This document shows, in pieces, positions 1 to 8,204 of a stretch of DNA of 61,236 bases. This DNA is from an uncultured Bacilli bacterium. Its GTDB lineage: Bacteria > Bacillota_I > Bacilli_A > RF39 > UBA660. The notes under the pieces were generated by a model. The model was not told the DNA's origin. It saw nothing but the letters and a program-made list of their open reading frames with translations, and searched no databases. Where the stretch lies: positions 1 through 61,236 of the forward strand of contig CAKPBH010000002.1 in assembly GCA_934140355.1 (NCBI GenBank), written 5' to 3'. The number at the start of each line of letters is the position of its first letter. Position 1 is the first letter of the stretch. The position numbers and the translations under genes are program-made.

Positions 1-154
1 AGCTGAATTTTAGCTCTCTCACAAAGTTCATTTATCATTAGTTTTTGGTTCCACCAACACTACTTGACAAAGAACCTAATAAATTCTAAAATATCAGTTT
101 CTCTTTCTTTTATTTTTTTCTAAGTAAGTATTTTCCCCTTATCATATTTTTATG

Positions 155-1945
155 TTACCCTTTTTTAATCAAACTTTTCCTTTTTCCTTTAGACGTCATA
201 GACTGCTGTTTAGAACCATCTTTTATCTCTAAACTAGAAGGCGATAAAAATTCCTGCTCTAATGTTTTCTTAATTTTAGGAAGAAGGTATCCATATAATT
301 GTCCAACTTGATTTTCTTTTATCTTTGAAAAAACAGGATGATTTAAGTCACCACCACATCTTAAAGTAATTATCTTCATCTCTTCTTCACTTAAATGATT
401 TAATACAAAATCAACTTGTTCTTTAGAATAAGGTTCCATTAATTGATAAATCGTTTTTAAATTTTGGGTTCGTTTTTTCTTCTTTTTTTGTAATTCTTTT
501 AAATTCTTAAGAGCTTGATCTGGATCTTGCATATATTCTGTAAAATAAGCAATTTGTTTTTCCTCTCTAATTTTTGCTAAGGCTCTTTCTTTAATTTGAC
601 GGATACCTTCACGACTCATCTGAAATTGCGCCCCTAACTCTCCTAAACTTAAAATAGGACCTCGAAAGCCATAACTCGATATTAATACTTCTTTTTCGAT
701 TAGAGTTAATGAACACGTATCTAACAGCGCTCTTGTTTTTGTAATCATGTCATGATTCACTACAATTTCTTCAGGAGATTCTTCAGTTGCAGGAATAAAA
801 TCTTCGATCTCTCTTTCATCTTCTTGTACTAATTTATTGATACTAGTTGTACCATCTTGAATCAACTGAAATCCTTTAAATTCTTCAACAACTACGGGAG
901 ATACCTCTAAATAAGTAGCAATCTCCTCAATTGTTGGTTCCCGATTTAACTTAAAACGCAAATGAGATACGGCTTTTTTATAAGTATTAATTTTGGCATA
1001 CATATGATCAGGAATTCTAATACTTCTACTTTTTTCTGTAATAGCAGCCGTAATAGCCGCTTTAATTCGATAAACCGCATAGCTTGAAAATTTAACATTC
1101 TTACTAGCATCATATTTTTCTACTGCTTTTATCAAACCAATATTACCTTCTTGAATTAAATCAAGAAGAGATAAACCATTTTGAGGATAGCGTTTTGCTA
1201 CACTAATGACTAATCTTAAATTGCTTTTAATAAAAGTTTGTCTAGCCTCTTCATTTCCTTGTAAAATTTGTTCCATTAATCTTTGCTCTTCTTCTTGGGA
1301 AAGTAAAGGAATATCTCCAATTTCTTTTAAGTATTTAACTAAAGTTTCTTCTGGCTCATAAGAAGTTTCCGCTTGTCTGTTTTTCTCCCTATTCACCTCT
1401 ATTTTTGTATCATTTAACAAGTAGTATGTATTGATGATATCAACTAATATATTATCTTTAAGCATTTTATCTAACTCCCCCATTGAAATCTGGGGATTAT
1501 ATTCACTAGAAATTACCGTTAAGGCCTCTTGACTTTTTTCATTACAAGCTAAAATTTCTATTAATTCATAAGAAGTTAAAGGATAATGATAGATACGAAG
1601 AAAAGAAGTTAAACCATACATATTTTCTAAAGCCATATTTAGAATATTACTTTCATGAAATCTTTTATTAATATAACGATTTATCACAACACCTGGCCGC
1701 CTCATCATCTCTTCTTCCGCTAATTTTGTTAGTTTTTGATTCAATTTTTCTTTGATCAAATCAAAATTTTCTTCTCTATTCTGCTCAAGTAATGCCATAG
1801 CCATTTTACTAACCTCTTGATAAAATTCTTCTTTTGAGAATATAAGATAATCAAATTTTTGATAAAGATCATCCACTATTAACTCTAACATTTGTGATAT
1901 TTGTTGTGGATTTAATTTACTTATTTTTTCCTTTAAAAAATTCAT
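155..1945 (-). CDS. Atypical long sigma-70 family RNA polymerase sigma factor (RpoD paralogue)
   Basis: 596 aa. Region 2 [20 protein letters not shown]. Region 2.3/2.4 FSSYAVYRIKAAITAAI. Region 3 SIRIPDHMYAKINTYKK. Region 4 LSLGELGAQFQMSREGIRQIKERALAKIR. Extra N-terminal extension of about 200 aa and C-terminal extension of about 110 aa. Confidence 0.8.
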   Translation of the reverse strand: MNFLKEKISKLNPQQISQMLELIVDDLYQKFDYLIFSKEEFYQEVSKMAMALLEQNREENFDLIKEKLNQKLTKLAEEEMMRRPGVVINRYINKRFHESNILNMALENMYGLTSFLRIYHYPLTSYELIEILACNEKSQEALTVISSEYNPQISMGELDKMLKDNILVDIINTYYLLNDTKIEVNREKNRQAETSYEPEETLVKYLKEIGDIPLLSQEEEQRLMEQILQGNEEARQTFIKSNLRLVISVAKRYPQNGLSLLDLIQEGNIGLIKAVEKYDASKNVKFSSYAVYRIKAAITAAITEKSRSIRIPDHMYAKINTYKKAVSHLRFKLNREPTIEEIATYLEVSPVVVEEFKGFQLIQDGTTSINKLVQEDEREIEDFIPATEESPEEIVVNHDMITKTRALLDTCSLTLIEKEVLISSYGFRGPILSLGELGAQFQMSREGIRQIKERALAKIREEKQIAYFTEYMQDPDQALKNLKELQKKKKKRTQNLKTIYQLMEPYSKEQVDFVLNHLSEEEMKIITLRCGGDLNHPVFSKIKENQVGQLYGYLLPKIKKTLEQEFLSPSSLEIKDGSKQQSMTSKGKRKSLIKKG

Positions 1946-2054
1946 TTTCTAACCTCCTCGTTTTTTTCGTGCCTGTCTATTGTATCAAATTTTTTAAAAA
2001 AAATCTCTATTTTATAAAAAAAAGAATTAGTTTGTTGATGACTAATTCTTTTGT

Positions 2055-2669
2055 CTATCCCCTTGGAATCTTCAAAATTTGACCAACACGCAAAAGATTG
2101 CTAGTTAAATTATTGTAACTTTTAATTTTATCTATAGTTGTATTGTATTTCTTAGCAATACTGTAAAGATTATCCCCACTTACTACTTTGTACGTCAAAT
2201 CAGTATTATTGTTTTGATTTGGAATCTTCAAAATCTGTCCAATACTCAAAAGATTAGAGTTTAATTGATTGAATTCTTTTAATTCATTAACAGTTGTATT
2301 GTATTTCTTAGCAATACTATATAAGCTATCTCCTGATTGAACAAGATAATTGATTGTACCATCACTATCTTCTTCACTACTAGTTGGTATTTTTAAAGTT
2401 TGATTAATATTTAAAAGATTGCTAGTTAAATTATTGTAACTTTTAATTTTATCTATAGTTGTATTGTATTTCTTAGCAATACTATATAAACTGTCCCCCT
2501 TTTTCACCGTATAAGAAATATACTTTTGACTTCCTTCTGTCTGAGTTGGTATTTTTAAAACTTGGTTAATACTTAAATTGTTTGAAGTCAAATGATTGAT
2601 TTGTTTTAATTCATCCACAGTTGTATTGTATTTCTTAGCAATACTATATAGACTATCTCCTGATACCAT
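2055..2669 (-). CDS. LysM-repeat protein fragment; 3-prime segment of the split amidase/LysM gene
   Basis: Begins MVSGDSLYSIAKKYNTT, i.e. inside a LysM domain. Three further complete LysM repeats follow (GDSLYSIAKKYNTT...LKIP). The ATG at 2667-2669 lies in element-derived DNA. Confidence 0.85.
   Translation of the reverse strand: MVSGDSLYSIAKKYNTTVDELKQINHLTSNNLSINQVLKIPTQTEGSQKYISYTVKKGDSLYSIAKKYNTTIDKIKSYNNLTSNLLNINQTLKIPTSSEEDSDGTINYLVQSGDSLYSIAKKYNTTVNELKEFNQLNSNLLSIGQILKIPNQNNNTDLTYKVVSGDNLYSIAKKYNTTIDKIKSYNNLTSNLLRVGQILKIPRG
2092..2484. repeat. 71-bp perfect direct repeat inside the LysM coding region (copies 2092-2162 and 2414-2484)
   Basis: aaaagattgctagttaaattattgtaacttttaattttatctatagttgtattgtatttcttagcaatact occurs twice, corresponding to LysM repeats 2 and 4. 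Confidence 0.85.
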
Positions 2670-2671
2670 TT

Positions 2672-4240
2672 TTATGGAACATTTTGAAAAGCAAAGAAAA
2701 TATCTATCGTTTTATCTTGATAAAGATCGATTTTATAAATTAAATTCATTAATAATACTCTAGTTGGATTATCGAATGATAAAAACTCATCAATATATTC
2801 TTCTAACTTTTCCTTATCTATCTCATTTTCATTGCTTGATCGATTGATTAATTCATCCATACTTCTTTTATTTTTATCTCTTTGTTGTTTTAAACTCTTA
2901 CTTATTCTTAAATATTGTTCTTCATCAATGATACCCCTTAGTTTATCCATATAAGTTTTATCTAAATTTTGAGTTAATTGATCATTTGCTATTTCTAAAC
3001 TTTTTAATTGTTTTTCTATTTTTACATCATGATCTTCAATTTCTATATTATTAATAGCACCTTTAATCTTATTTTTATCTAAATACTTTTTACAAACTTT
3101 TTTTATGTTATCTAAAATGACACTTTCTAATATTTCATAATTATTTGTATGTGTTGTACAAACATGATATTTCGAATATGTCCGATAATAATTGCAAATA
3201 GTATAACTTCTTCTTGTTTTATTTTGATATCGAATTGCTATTCTATGCCCACAATCACCACAATATAAAAGTCCATCTAATAAATAAGTTCTTTTCTTCT
3301 CTGGTCTTTTCACATTTTTAGGAAGTAATGATTGAACGTAATTAAAGGTATCTTTATCAATAATAGCCTCATGAGTATTTTCTACAATAATATAATCACT
3401 TATCTTATTTTTCACAACTTTTTTTAATTTATAATTTATCTTTTTAGTTTTACCTTGCACTGCATCACCTACATAAATTCTATTCGTTAAAATTGCCTTA
3501 ACTGTTGTATCAACCCACACCCCATATTCCTGAGAAATACAATTTCTATTTATACATTTCATATTCCATACATAGTTATAATAAGATGCCGGAGTTTTAA
3601 TTTTTCTTTTTGTTAATTCCCCCGCAATAAAATGATATGTATTACCTTTAAGTGCTAAATCAAAAATTAATTTAACAACACTTGCTTGTTCTTCATTTAT
3701 AATTAAATGATTTTTATTATTTGGATCTTTTTGATACCCAAATGGACATCTTCCCGACACGTATAATCCATCTTTCATCCTTGAATGCAGACTACTTTTA
3801 ATCTTTTTAGAAATATCTTTAGCATACATATCATTCATAATGGCTTTAAAAGGCGCTATATCATTATTAGTATTATCTATAAAAGTATCTATTCCATCAT
3901 CAATAGCAATATATCTAACATGATTATTGGGAAAATATTTTTCAATTAACTCTCCTGTACCAATATAATCTCTGCCTAATCTTGACATATCTTTAGTAAT
4001 AACCATATTAATTTTATTATCTTTAATATCTTTAATCATTCTAATAAACGCTGGCCTATCAAAATTAGTACCACTAAACCCATCATCAACATATTCATCA
4101 ACTACTTTATAATGATTCTCTTTCACATAACTACTAAGTAAAATTCTTTGACTAACAATACTATCCGATTTGTGCGTTAAATCATCTCTTGATAATCTAA
4201 GATAAAGCCCAACTTTAAAGCAATGATTCTCTTGCATCAA
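2672..4240 (-). CDS. Large serine recombinase (resolvase N-domain, recombinase domain, zinc ribbon, coiled coil)
   Basis: 522 aa. YLRLSRDD...SIVSQR (catalytic Ser region), DDGFSGTNFDRPAF, KDMSRLGRD, GRCPFGY, Cys cluster YCGDCGHRI...ICNYY...HVCTTH. SpoIVCA/phage-integrase-like layout. Confidence 0.9.
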   Translation of the reverse strand: MMQENHCFKVGLYLRLSRDDLTHKSDSIVSQRILLSSYVKENHYKVVDEYVDDGFSGTNFDRPAFIRMIKDIKDNKINMVITKDMSRLGRDYIGTGELIEKYFPNNHVRYIAIDDGIDTFIDNTNNDIAPFKAIMNDMYAKDISKKIKSSLHSRMKDGLYVSGRCPFGYQKDPNNKNHLIINEEQASVVKLIFDLALKGNTYHFIAGELTKRKIKTPASYYNYVWNMKCINRNCISQEYGVWVDTTVKAILTNRIYVGDAVQGKTKKINYKLKKVVKNKISDYIIVENTHEAIIDKDTFNYVQSLLPKNVKRPEKKRTYLLDGLLYCGDCGHRIAIRYQNKTRRSYTICNYYRTYSKYHVCTTHTNNYEILESVILDNIKKVCKKYLDKNKIKGAINNIEIEDHDVKIEKQLKSLEIANDQLTQNLDKTYMDKLRGIIDEEQYLRISKSLKQQRDKNKRSMDELINRSSNENEIDKEKLEEYIDEFLSFDNPTRVLLMNLIYKIDLYQDKTIDIFFAFQNVP

Positions 4241-4434
4241 TTAATTCTCCCTTTTTCTTGAGAATAATGCCTATTTTCAGAAGGCAATACTATCCTAAAT
4301 TTATCGCAAGTGATATTAAACCTTTGTTTAAATTCCATTTTTAATACTTCAGTGATTACTTCGTTTAAAGATTTAGCATTATCCTGAAATTTTAAATTAA
4401 CTTTATAATTAACCATAGAGTTTAATACCTCCAA
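4237..4434 (-). CDS. Small hypothetical protein upstream of and overlapping the recombinase gene (possible accessory or directionality factor)
   Basis: 4-nt overlap with the recombinase start. The likely real start is M7 at about 4416, preceded by GGAGG. No recognisable motif. Confidence 0.35.
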   Translation of the reverse strand: MEVLNSMVNYKVNLKFQDNAKSLNEVITEVLKMEFKQRFNITCDKFRIVLPSENRHYSQEKGRIN

Positions 4435-4561
4435 TTAATTCTATGGTTATGATTTTGGCTTTATGAATATTCCCTTTTCTCATAAATTTTCATGATAAAG
4501 TTCATCATCTTATTTTTCTTTTAAGGCACTAAAGCAAAAAAATCATAACCATAAGTTAATT

Positions 4562-5056
4562 TCAAATTGGAAGTATTTGAACATTATCTGGATAACCGCT
4601 CATTGCATCTATCAAAATATTTCTAACCTTATCCTGTGAAATATCATTATCAAGAGCAATTTGTTTAATATTATTACTTGCTTTCAAAAGATCTTTTCTT
4701 ATCTTAATTTCTAATGATTTAGAGATAGATTTTCTAGATAAATTTATATTTAAGTCCTCTAAAATTCTTTCATGACATTTTCTGCAAACAAACCTTCTTT
4801 TATATAGAATTAAATAGCATTTAAATTCTGCTATTTTATTATACTTAATTTTAATAGGTTTTAATCTATCATGCACTGATTTTGTATATCTATCACATTT
4901 AGGACATTTAATTTTAGAAACAGTACCTTGTAATGATATAATCTTTATTTTCTCATGATTTTCTACTTTTTCTTCAATTGATAATACCTTTACATTAGTA
5001 CCTTTTAACCCTATTAATTCTTTAACTTCTTTCATTATCACATTACTCCTTTGCAA
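4562..5056 (-). pseudogene. ISL3-family transposase, N-terminal fragment only (zinc finger and HTH; DDE domain missing)
   Basis: CPKCDRYTKSVHD...RRFVCRKCHERILEDL...RKSISKSLE...IALDNDISQDKVRNIL. Ends at ..ILPI*, where the DDE domain normally begins. 164 aa versus about 400 aa for intact ISL3 transposases. Confidence 0.7.
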
Positions 5057-5191
5057 GAATAATTAAAAATCAGCATACAAAACAGATTAAGAATACTACA
5101 TATTTTTTAAAAAATGTGATACTATAAAAATACATATGAAACTAATTTAATTATTCTGCAACTTAATTATATAATAGTTCATATGTATATT

Positions 5192-5222
5192 AAAAACAGA
5201 TGCCATTTTGACATCTGTTTTT
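5192..5222 (-). terminator. Rho-independent terminator downstream of the Doc operon (bidirectional hairpin)
   Basis: aaaaacagatg-ccattttga-catctgttttt: 8-bp perfect stem flanked by an A-run and a T-run. Confidence 0.6.
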
Positions 5223-5331
5223 ACTTTGAGCAATTCCCACTAACTCGTGTTGTTTCTTAATAAGTTGTTATATCAGATTTTACCAGATGATTTTATTTTT
5301 TGCTAATACATATATAAACATTTATATTTAG

Positions 5332-5760
5332 TTAATCTCTTTTTTTTGAGACATTACCAATAATCTTAGATTTGAAACATTCCCAGCTTTGTTCATCACC
5401 ATTACTTGCAATTGTAGCCATCGCTTCAAATAGTTCTTCTTCACTTAAATTAATTTCCATTCCGTTAATTTGATATGTCATAATCATAGCCATTAAACCA
5501 GTTCTTTTATTAACATTTTTAAAGCAATGCGTAGTAGCAATATTATACCCCAATCTACATGCCTTTTCTTCTATTGTTGGATAAACATCTTGGCCAAAAA
5601 AACTTGCAAAAATAGAATTAACTGCCCCTTGAAATAAAGCCCCTGTATTATCAATAAAACCTAATGCCTCGTTATCTTCGCTAGCAGCTGCTAATTTGTC
5701 ATGAATGAGCAAAATATCCTCTTCAGATAAAAACTCTCCTACATACCCTTCCATTTTCAT
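5332..5760 (-). CDS. doc: Doc (death-on-curing) family Fic-fold toxin
   Basis: 142 aa. Doc-type motif HCFKNVNKRTGL (HxFx[DN]xNKRT). Start overlaps the upstream stop (TAATG). Confidence 0.85.
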   Translation of the reverse strand: MKMEGYVGEFLSEEDILLIHDKLAAASEDNEALGFIDNTGALFQGAVNSIFASFFGQDVYPTIEEKACRLGYNIATTHCFKNVNKRTGLMAMIMTYQINGMEINLSEEELFEAMATIASNGDEQSWECFKSKIIGNVSKKRD

Positions 5761-6317
5761 TATTTTAGTCTCCTTAAAAGATTATTATATTTCTTTATGT
5801 TATTATTTAATAAATTATTAAATGTTTCATTATTAATTTTTGATTTATTGATAAAAGGTTTCAAGTCATTAAAATCTTTTAAATAATTATTAGATATTCC
5901 ATCATAATTATTTTCATACAATATATCAGCCAACTCAAAATCTTTATTTACACTCTTCTCAAGTATCTTAACAATTTCTTCATCACTCATTTTTTTTGAT
6001 TTTAAATAACTTAATATTATACTAAAACGGTCATAATCTAACATAATTGGAAACCATTTTATTATAGTAGAATAATCAAAATCGGCTAGTGAAGTATAAA
6101 AATTAGCACTTTTTGATAGACTATTGATGGATATTTTGTTAACGAAATCATAATTATTTTTTAAAATAAACTCTATAGTTCTATCATCAAGAAATTCTCT
6201 AAGTATCGCAATTCTTTTATTTAATTTTGTTTCTAATAATTCATTTAGTGAAATATTATTTATATTTTCTAAATTATTTCCCATTACTATCCCTCCAAAC
6301 TGTTTTAACTGTAACAT
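5760..6317 (-). CDS. Hypothetical protein translationally coupled to Doc (candidate non-canonical antitoxin)
   Basis: Likely start is M12 at about 6284, preceded by GGAGGG. Helix-rich, Asn/Lys-rich, about 174 aa. No Phd/YefM-like motif recognised. 1-nt stop/start overlap with doc. Confidence 0.4.
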   Translation of the reverse strand: MLQLKQFGGIVMGNNLENINNISLNELLETKLNKRIAILREFLDDRTIEFILKNNYDFVNKISINSLSKSANFYTSLADFDYSTIIKWFPIMLDYDRFSIILSYLKSKKMSDEEIVKILEKSVNKDFELADILYENNYDGISNNYLKDFNDLKPFINKSKINNETFNNLLNNNIKKYNNLLRRLK

Positions 6318-6599
6318 ATTTATTAAAATTTGTCAAAATAATTCTAGCAATGGATAGTGTAAAATTGTTTTGACTGTACAAAAAAAGAGTTTACCTCATT
6401 AATTCAAGATATAGTGAAAGAAAAAGAATAATTGAAAGATATAAAAACTATCTTATAAAATATTGAAAATAGTTTAAAAATACATTGAACATTAAAGTAT
6501 GTTCTTCTGTAGAATCACATATCTCACATAATGTAGCAAAATATTTTTCATATGAATAATAGAAATGATAACGCTATGAAATATCATTATTTTTTATCA

Positions 6600-7907
6600 T
6601 CATCTTAATAAATCTAATATATCTTCATATTTAACTATCATTTTTTCTTGAGTTTTCGTATCTTCTATTTCATAATGATTACCATCAAATTGATTCCCTA
6701 ATATGATCATTTTAGGCGTTCCTAATACAGAAACATCTTTTATTCTATTACCAATACTCAAATTTTCTCTATCATCAATGATAGCATTAATATTATTCTG
6801 TAGTAAATAATGATATAGCCTTTCTCCCTCTTTTTGATTTTTTTCACTATAAATTATTTGAACCTTGTATGGAGCAATGTCATATGGTAGTGAAAATCCT
6901 TTGATTTTATCATTTTCTCTAATTACATTACTCTCGATTAAACAAGCAATAATTCTTCCTAAACCAATTCCATAACATCCCATATAATATGGTTTTTTCT
7001 CTCCATTTTCATCTATATAGAAAAGCCCCATACTATTAGAATATTTTGTTCCCAGTTGAAAATTATTTCCTAACTCAACAGTACTATATTCTTTCAGATT
7101 TTTAATATCACTTACTCCTAATTGTTTAAGATATTCATCTTTATTATCAAACGCTAAAACTTCTTTATTAATACCAATATCATTTTTCTCATCATAAAGC
7201 GTTTTATCTTCTCCCAAATTAGTGATTGCTTGAAACTCCTCAGCAACTTTACCACCAATAACCCCATTATCACTAATAGTTGGTATAATCTTAATTCCAA
7301 GTCTTTTAAATATATTTAAATATACCTGATGCATTAATTCGTACGTTTTTTGCATATCTTCTTCTGTTTTATCAAAAGAATAAGCATCCATCATAACAAA
7401 TGTTCTTGGTCTAAATAGATAACCTCTAGCTCTAATTTCTTTTCTAAATTTTTCGCCAATTTGATAATAAATAGCAGGCAAATTTTTATAAGAAGATAAT
7501 CTATTATTTCCAAATATAGTAGCACATTCCTCTGCAGTTGGCGCAAGTCCATATTCTCCTAAATTATTACTTATGGTAAACATGATATCCCCCTCTTTAG
7601 TGTAAGCATCCCATCTACCAGATTGTTCCCATATTTTTCTTGGCTGAATCTTTGGAAATTCTACTTGAATACACCCTGCCTTATCTAACTCATCAATAAT
7701 AATATTTTCTACTACTCTTTCTAGTTTTGTCCATAAATTGCCATAACCATAAATCCCACTTTCAAATTGATATAACTCTCCTAGTTTCATCAAAATATCT
7801 TGACCAGAATAATTAGTATCAATATCATTTAAATTAATTTTTTTAATATTTAATCTGCTTAATCTCATTTTACTCATCCTTTCTTCAACAAAAAAAGAAT
7901 GACACAT
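6600..7907 (-). CDS. proS: Prolyl-tRNA synthetase, bacterial-like but lacking the INS editing domain
   Basis: Class II motif 2 region FRKEIRARGYLFRPRTFVMMDAYSF. Motif 3 GCYGIGLGRIIACLIE. Anticodon-binding C-terminus. Likely start is M14 (about 7868) after AAAGGA, giving 422 aa. The upstream T-box carries a CCU specifier. Confidence 0.85.
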   Translation of the reverse strand: MCHSFFVEERMSKMRLSRLNIKKINLNDIDTNYSGQDILMKLGELYQFESGIYGYGNLWTKLERVVENIIIDELDKAGCIQVEFPKIQPRKIWEQSGRWDAYTKEGDIMFTISNNLGEYGLAPTAEECATIFGNNRLSSYKNLPAIYYQIGEKFRKEIRARGYLFRPRTFVMMDAYSFDKTEEDMQKTYELMHQVYLNIFKRLGIKIIPTISDNGVIGGKVAEEFQAITNLGEDKTLYDEKNDIGINKEVLAFDNKDEYLKQLGVSDIKNLKEYSTVELGNNFQLGTKYSNSMGLFYIDENGEKKPYYMGCYGIGLGRIIACLIESNVIRENDKIKGFSLPYDIAPYKVQIIYSEKNQKEGERLYHYLLQNNINAIIDDRENLSIGNRIKDVSVLGTPKMIILGNQFDGNHYEIEDTKTQEKMIVKYEDILDLLR

Positions 7908-8095
7908 AAGGAGTCATAAAGACGGTGCCATCCTTTTATTTTACTTAATTACGATAACGGCTATTTCACCGGAAATGTTTTCATTTCACTCCGAAGGTAG
8001 GAATTAAATAGTATCATAACTTGTTCACACTATACCAAGCTCACTTTTATGCTTAACCAATTAATATTCCTTCATCACTGATTTGACCTTATTGT
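7885..8095 (-). promoter_or_regulatory. T-box riboswitch leader with Pro (CCU) specifier, controlling proS
   Basis: Read on the minus strand: GA/K-turn region cagtgatgaagga; distal loop tagtgtgaac; specifier aattCCTAccttcgg (about 7999-8001); F-box ccgtta (about 7955-7960); T-box aaaggatggcaccgtc (about 7921-7936); then hairpin atgac-N9-gtcat followed by a T-run. Coordinates are +/-1 nt. Confidence 0.7.
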
Positions 8096-8204
8096 ATCAC
8101 ATTATATTGTTACTCACAAGCCCCTTTATACAAATAAGTATAAATTCATGATTATTTCTTTCTCACATGCCTACTCTTATATTTTTATATTTTGCATAAA
8201 TGAT

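Noticed and set aside
4435-4561. Sporulation sigma-E/K-type promoter upstream of the recombinase operon (minus strand AATATT ... CATAACCAT)
   Set aside because: It matches only about half of the -10 consensus in very AT-rich DNA. That is too weak to call without transcript data.
7855-7910. Apparent 1-nt discrepancy (an extra T in the run near 7858-7861) between my manual reading of the proS 5-prime end and the ORF track, which would imply a frameshift
   Set aside because: Coordinates agree with the track both upstream (7800) and downstream (8148, 8205). A transcription slip on my part is the most likely cause. I kept the track ORF and gave the T-box coordinates as +/-1 nt.
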